From assembly GCA_010093705.1 (NCBI GenBank), contig MU006090.1, positions 806,001 to 830,826 of the forward strand: a stretch of 24,826 bases of DNA, written 5' to 3'. The DNA comes from Patellaria atrata CBS 101060 (Eukaryota). Of the stretch, positions 23,053 to 24,826 are shown piece by piece. The translations under genes were made by a program, and so were the position numbers. The stretch's first letter is position 1. Each line of letters opens with the position of its first letter. Below the pieces are notes generated by a model. The model worked only from the letters and a program-made list of their open reading frames with translations. It did no database searches and had not been told where the DNA came from.

Positions 23053-24826
23053 ATGCAGGCCCCGGTGGTGGTAATGAGTTAGTACCCCTCGTAAAGCTCA
23101 GTTAGGCATCTGAATAGAATGCTAATATCAATAGACACCGCTACGGGTGGAGAAAGACAATTCGGACGCAAAGCACAGCTCTCAAATATCACAGCCGCAA
23201 AAACGTAAATGTCTCCTCATTTGTCTACATCGAACTTCCCTGAATCTGACCCCACCGACTCAGTGTAGCCGACATCATCCGCTCCTGCTTAGGCCCAAAG
23301 GCCATGCTCAAAATGCTCCTGGACCCTATGGGCGGCATTGTACTCACGAACGATGGTCACGCTATTTTAAGAGAGATCGAGGTCGCTCATCCCGCTGCGA
23401 AGAGCATGATCGAGCTTTCGCGGACACAGGACGAGGAAGTTGGGGACGGAACGACAACTGTTATAATCCTAGCCGGTGAAATTCTCGCGCAAGCTTTACC
23501 GCAACTGGAGCGGAATATTCACCCGGTCATCATTATCGGTGCGTTTAAGAGAGCGCTAGCAGATGCACTACAGATATTGGAGGAGATCTCCGTACCGGTC
23601 GATATCAAGGACGACAATGCGATGCGGACGCTTATATCCAGCTCCATCGGCACGAAATTCGTGTCGAGATGGAGCGATTTAATGTGTGACCTAGCCCTCA
23701 AAGCCGTCCGAACCGTCTCCTTCGACATCGGTACCGGACGGCAAGAAATCGACATCAAGCGTTACGCCCGCGTCGAAAAGATCCCAGGCGGTGAAATCGA
23801 AGACTCCTGCGTCCTCGACGGAGTAATGCTTAACAAAGACATCACGCATCCCAAGATGCGGCGACGAATCGAAAACCCTCGCATATTATTACTAGACTGC
23901 CCGCTCGAATACAAAAAGGGAGAATCCCAAACCGCGATCGAAATCTCCAAAGAAGACGACTGGAAACGCATCCTCGACATCGAAGAAGAGCAAATAAAGT
24001 CGATGTGCGACGCCATCATCGCGCTTCAACCCGACCTCGTCATCACCGAAAAGGGCGTCAGCGACCTAGCCCAACACTTCCTCGTCAAAGCCAACATCAC
24101 GGCCCTCCGCCGCGTGCGCAAAACAGACAACAACCGCATCGCCCGCGCCACCGGCGCCGCCATCGTGAACTCCCTCTCCTCCCTCCAACCCTCGGATATA
24201 GGAACCAAATGCGCCCTCTTCCACATCGACAAGATCGGAGACGAATACTTCACTTTCCTAACCAAATGCCAGGATCCAAAAGCGTGTACCATCCTCCTCC
24301 GCGGCCCCAGCAAGGACATCCTCAACGAGGTCGAGCGCAACCTCCACGACGCCATGGGCGTCGCGCGCAATGTGCTCTGGCACCCGCGTCTCTGTCCCGG
24401 CGGCGGCGCTGCCGAGATGGCCATCGCCGTCGGCTTGGAACGCAGAGCGAGGAATGTCGAGGGCGTGGCGCAGTGGCCGTACCGCGCAGTGGCGGAGGCG
24501 CTGGAGGTTATCCCGCGCACGCTGGTGCAGAATGCTGGCGCGAGTCCCATCCGCATCCTGACCCAATTGAGGGCGAAACATGCAGAGGCGTTGGGCGAGG
24601 AGGGAGGCAGTAAAGAAACCGCATCAGGGAGCAGTAATGGAGCATTAGCGGATGGCACGTCCTGGGGCATCGACGGCGATAAAGGCGTCGTGGTCGATAT
24701 GAGAGAGTATGGCGTTTGGGAACCGTTGCAGGTTAAGGCACAGAGTCTTAAGACGGCGGTGGAGAGCGCGTGTTTGCTTCTTAGGGTCGATGATATCGTT
24801 GCTGCTAAGGCTGCTAGACAGGTTGG
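23053..24826 (+). CDS. CCT3: T-complex protein 1 subunit gamma; exons 23053-23077, 23135-23204, 23264 to >24826 (3' end just beyond the window)
   Basis: MQAPVVVMN start, [55 protein letters not shown] and [17 protein letters not shown]. Missing from the ORF track because it has no stop within the window. Confidence 0.97.

Noticed and set aside
24005..24670. Overlapping ORFs 24005-24613 (+) and 24026-24670 (-), and similar antisense ORFs over NTH1, RRF1 and epsin
   Set aside because: Shadow frames produced by the codon bias of the real genes
1..24826. CRISPR array, tRNA/rRNA genes or an intact transposon
   Set aside because: No regularly spaced repeats, cloverleaf or rRNA motifs, transposase/RT ORFs, LTRs or long TIRs were seen

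Overview
Eukaryotic, intron-containing DNA from a filamentous ascomycete (Pezizomycotina; short GT..CTRAY..YAG introns). Seven protein genes can be spliced by hand with consistent reading frames: a C2H2 zinc-finger/fungal-specific transcription factor (563-3685 +), neutral trehalase NTH1 (12462-14850 +), MBF1 (15511-16124 +), mitochondrial ribosome recycling factor (16671-17608 -), a divergently transcribed hypothetical protein (17989-19701 +), epsin Ent1/2 (20474-22381 +) and CCT3/TCP-1 gamma (23053 to the window end, truncated). The unexplained part is the ~6.8 kb gap at 3.7-10.5 kb. It holds (i) a non-coding ~0.6 kb run of consecutive stem-loop domains (about 5086-5713) whose G-U pairs favour a + strand RNA, overlapping a cluster of GTACAC motifs, which is the best candidate for an undescribed structured ncRNA; (ii) a small Cys/His zinc-ribbon-like ORF apparently broken by a 1-nt indel; and (iii) possible decayed exons ahead of a two-exon orphan gene (10505-11242). 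All structures were paired by eye; no folding program or database search was run.
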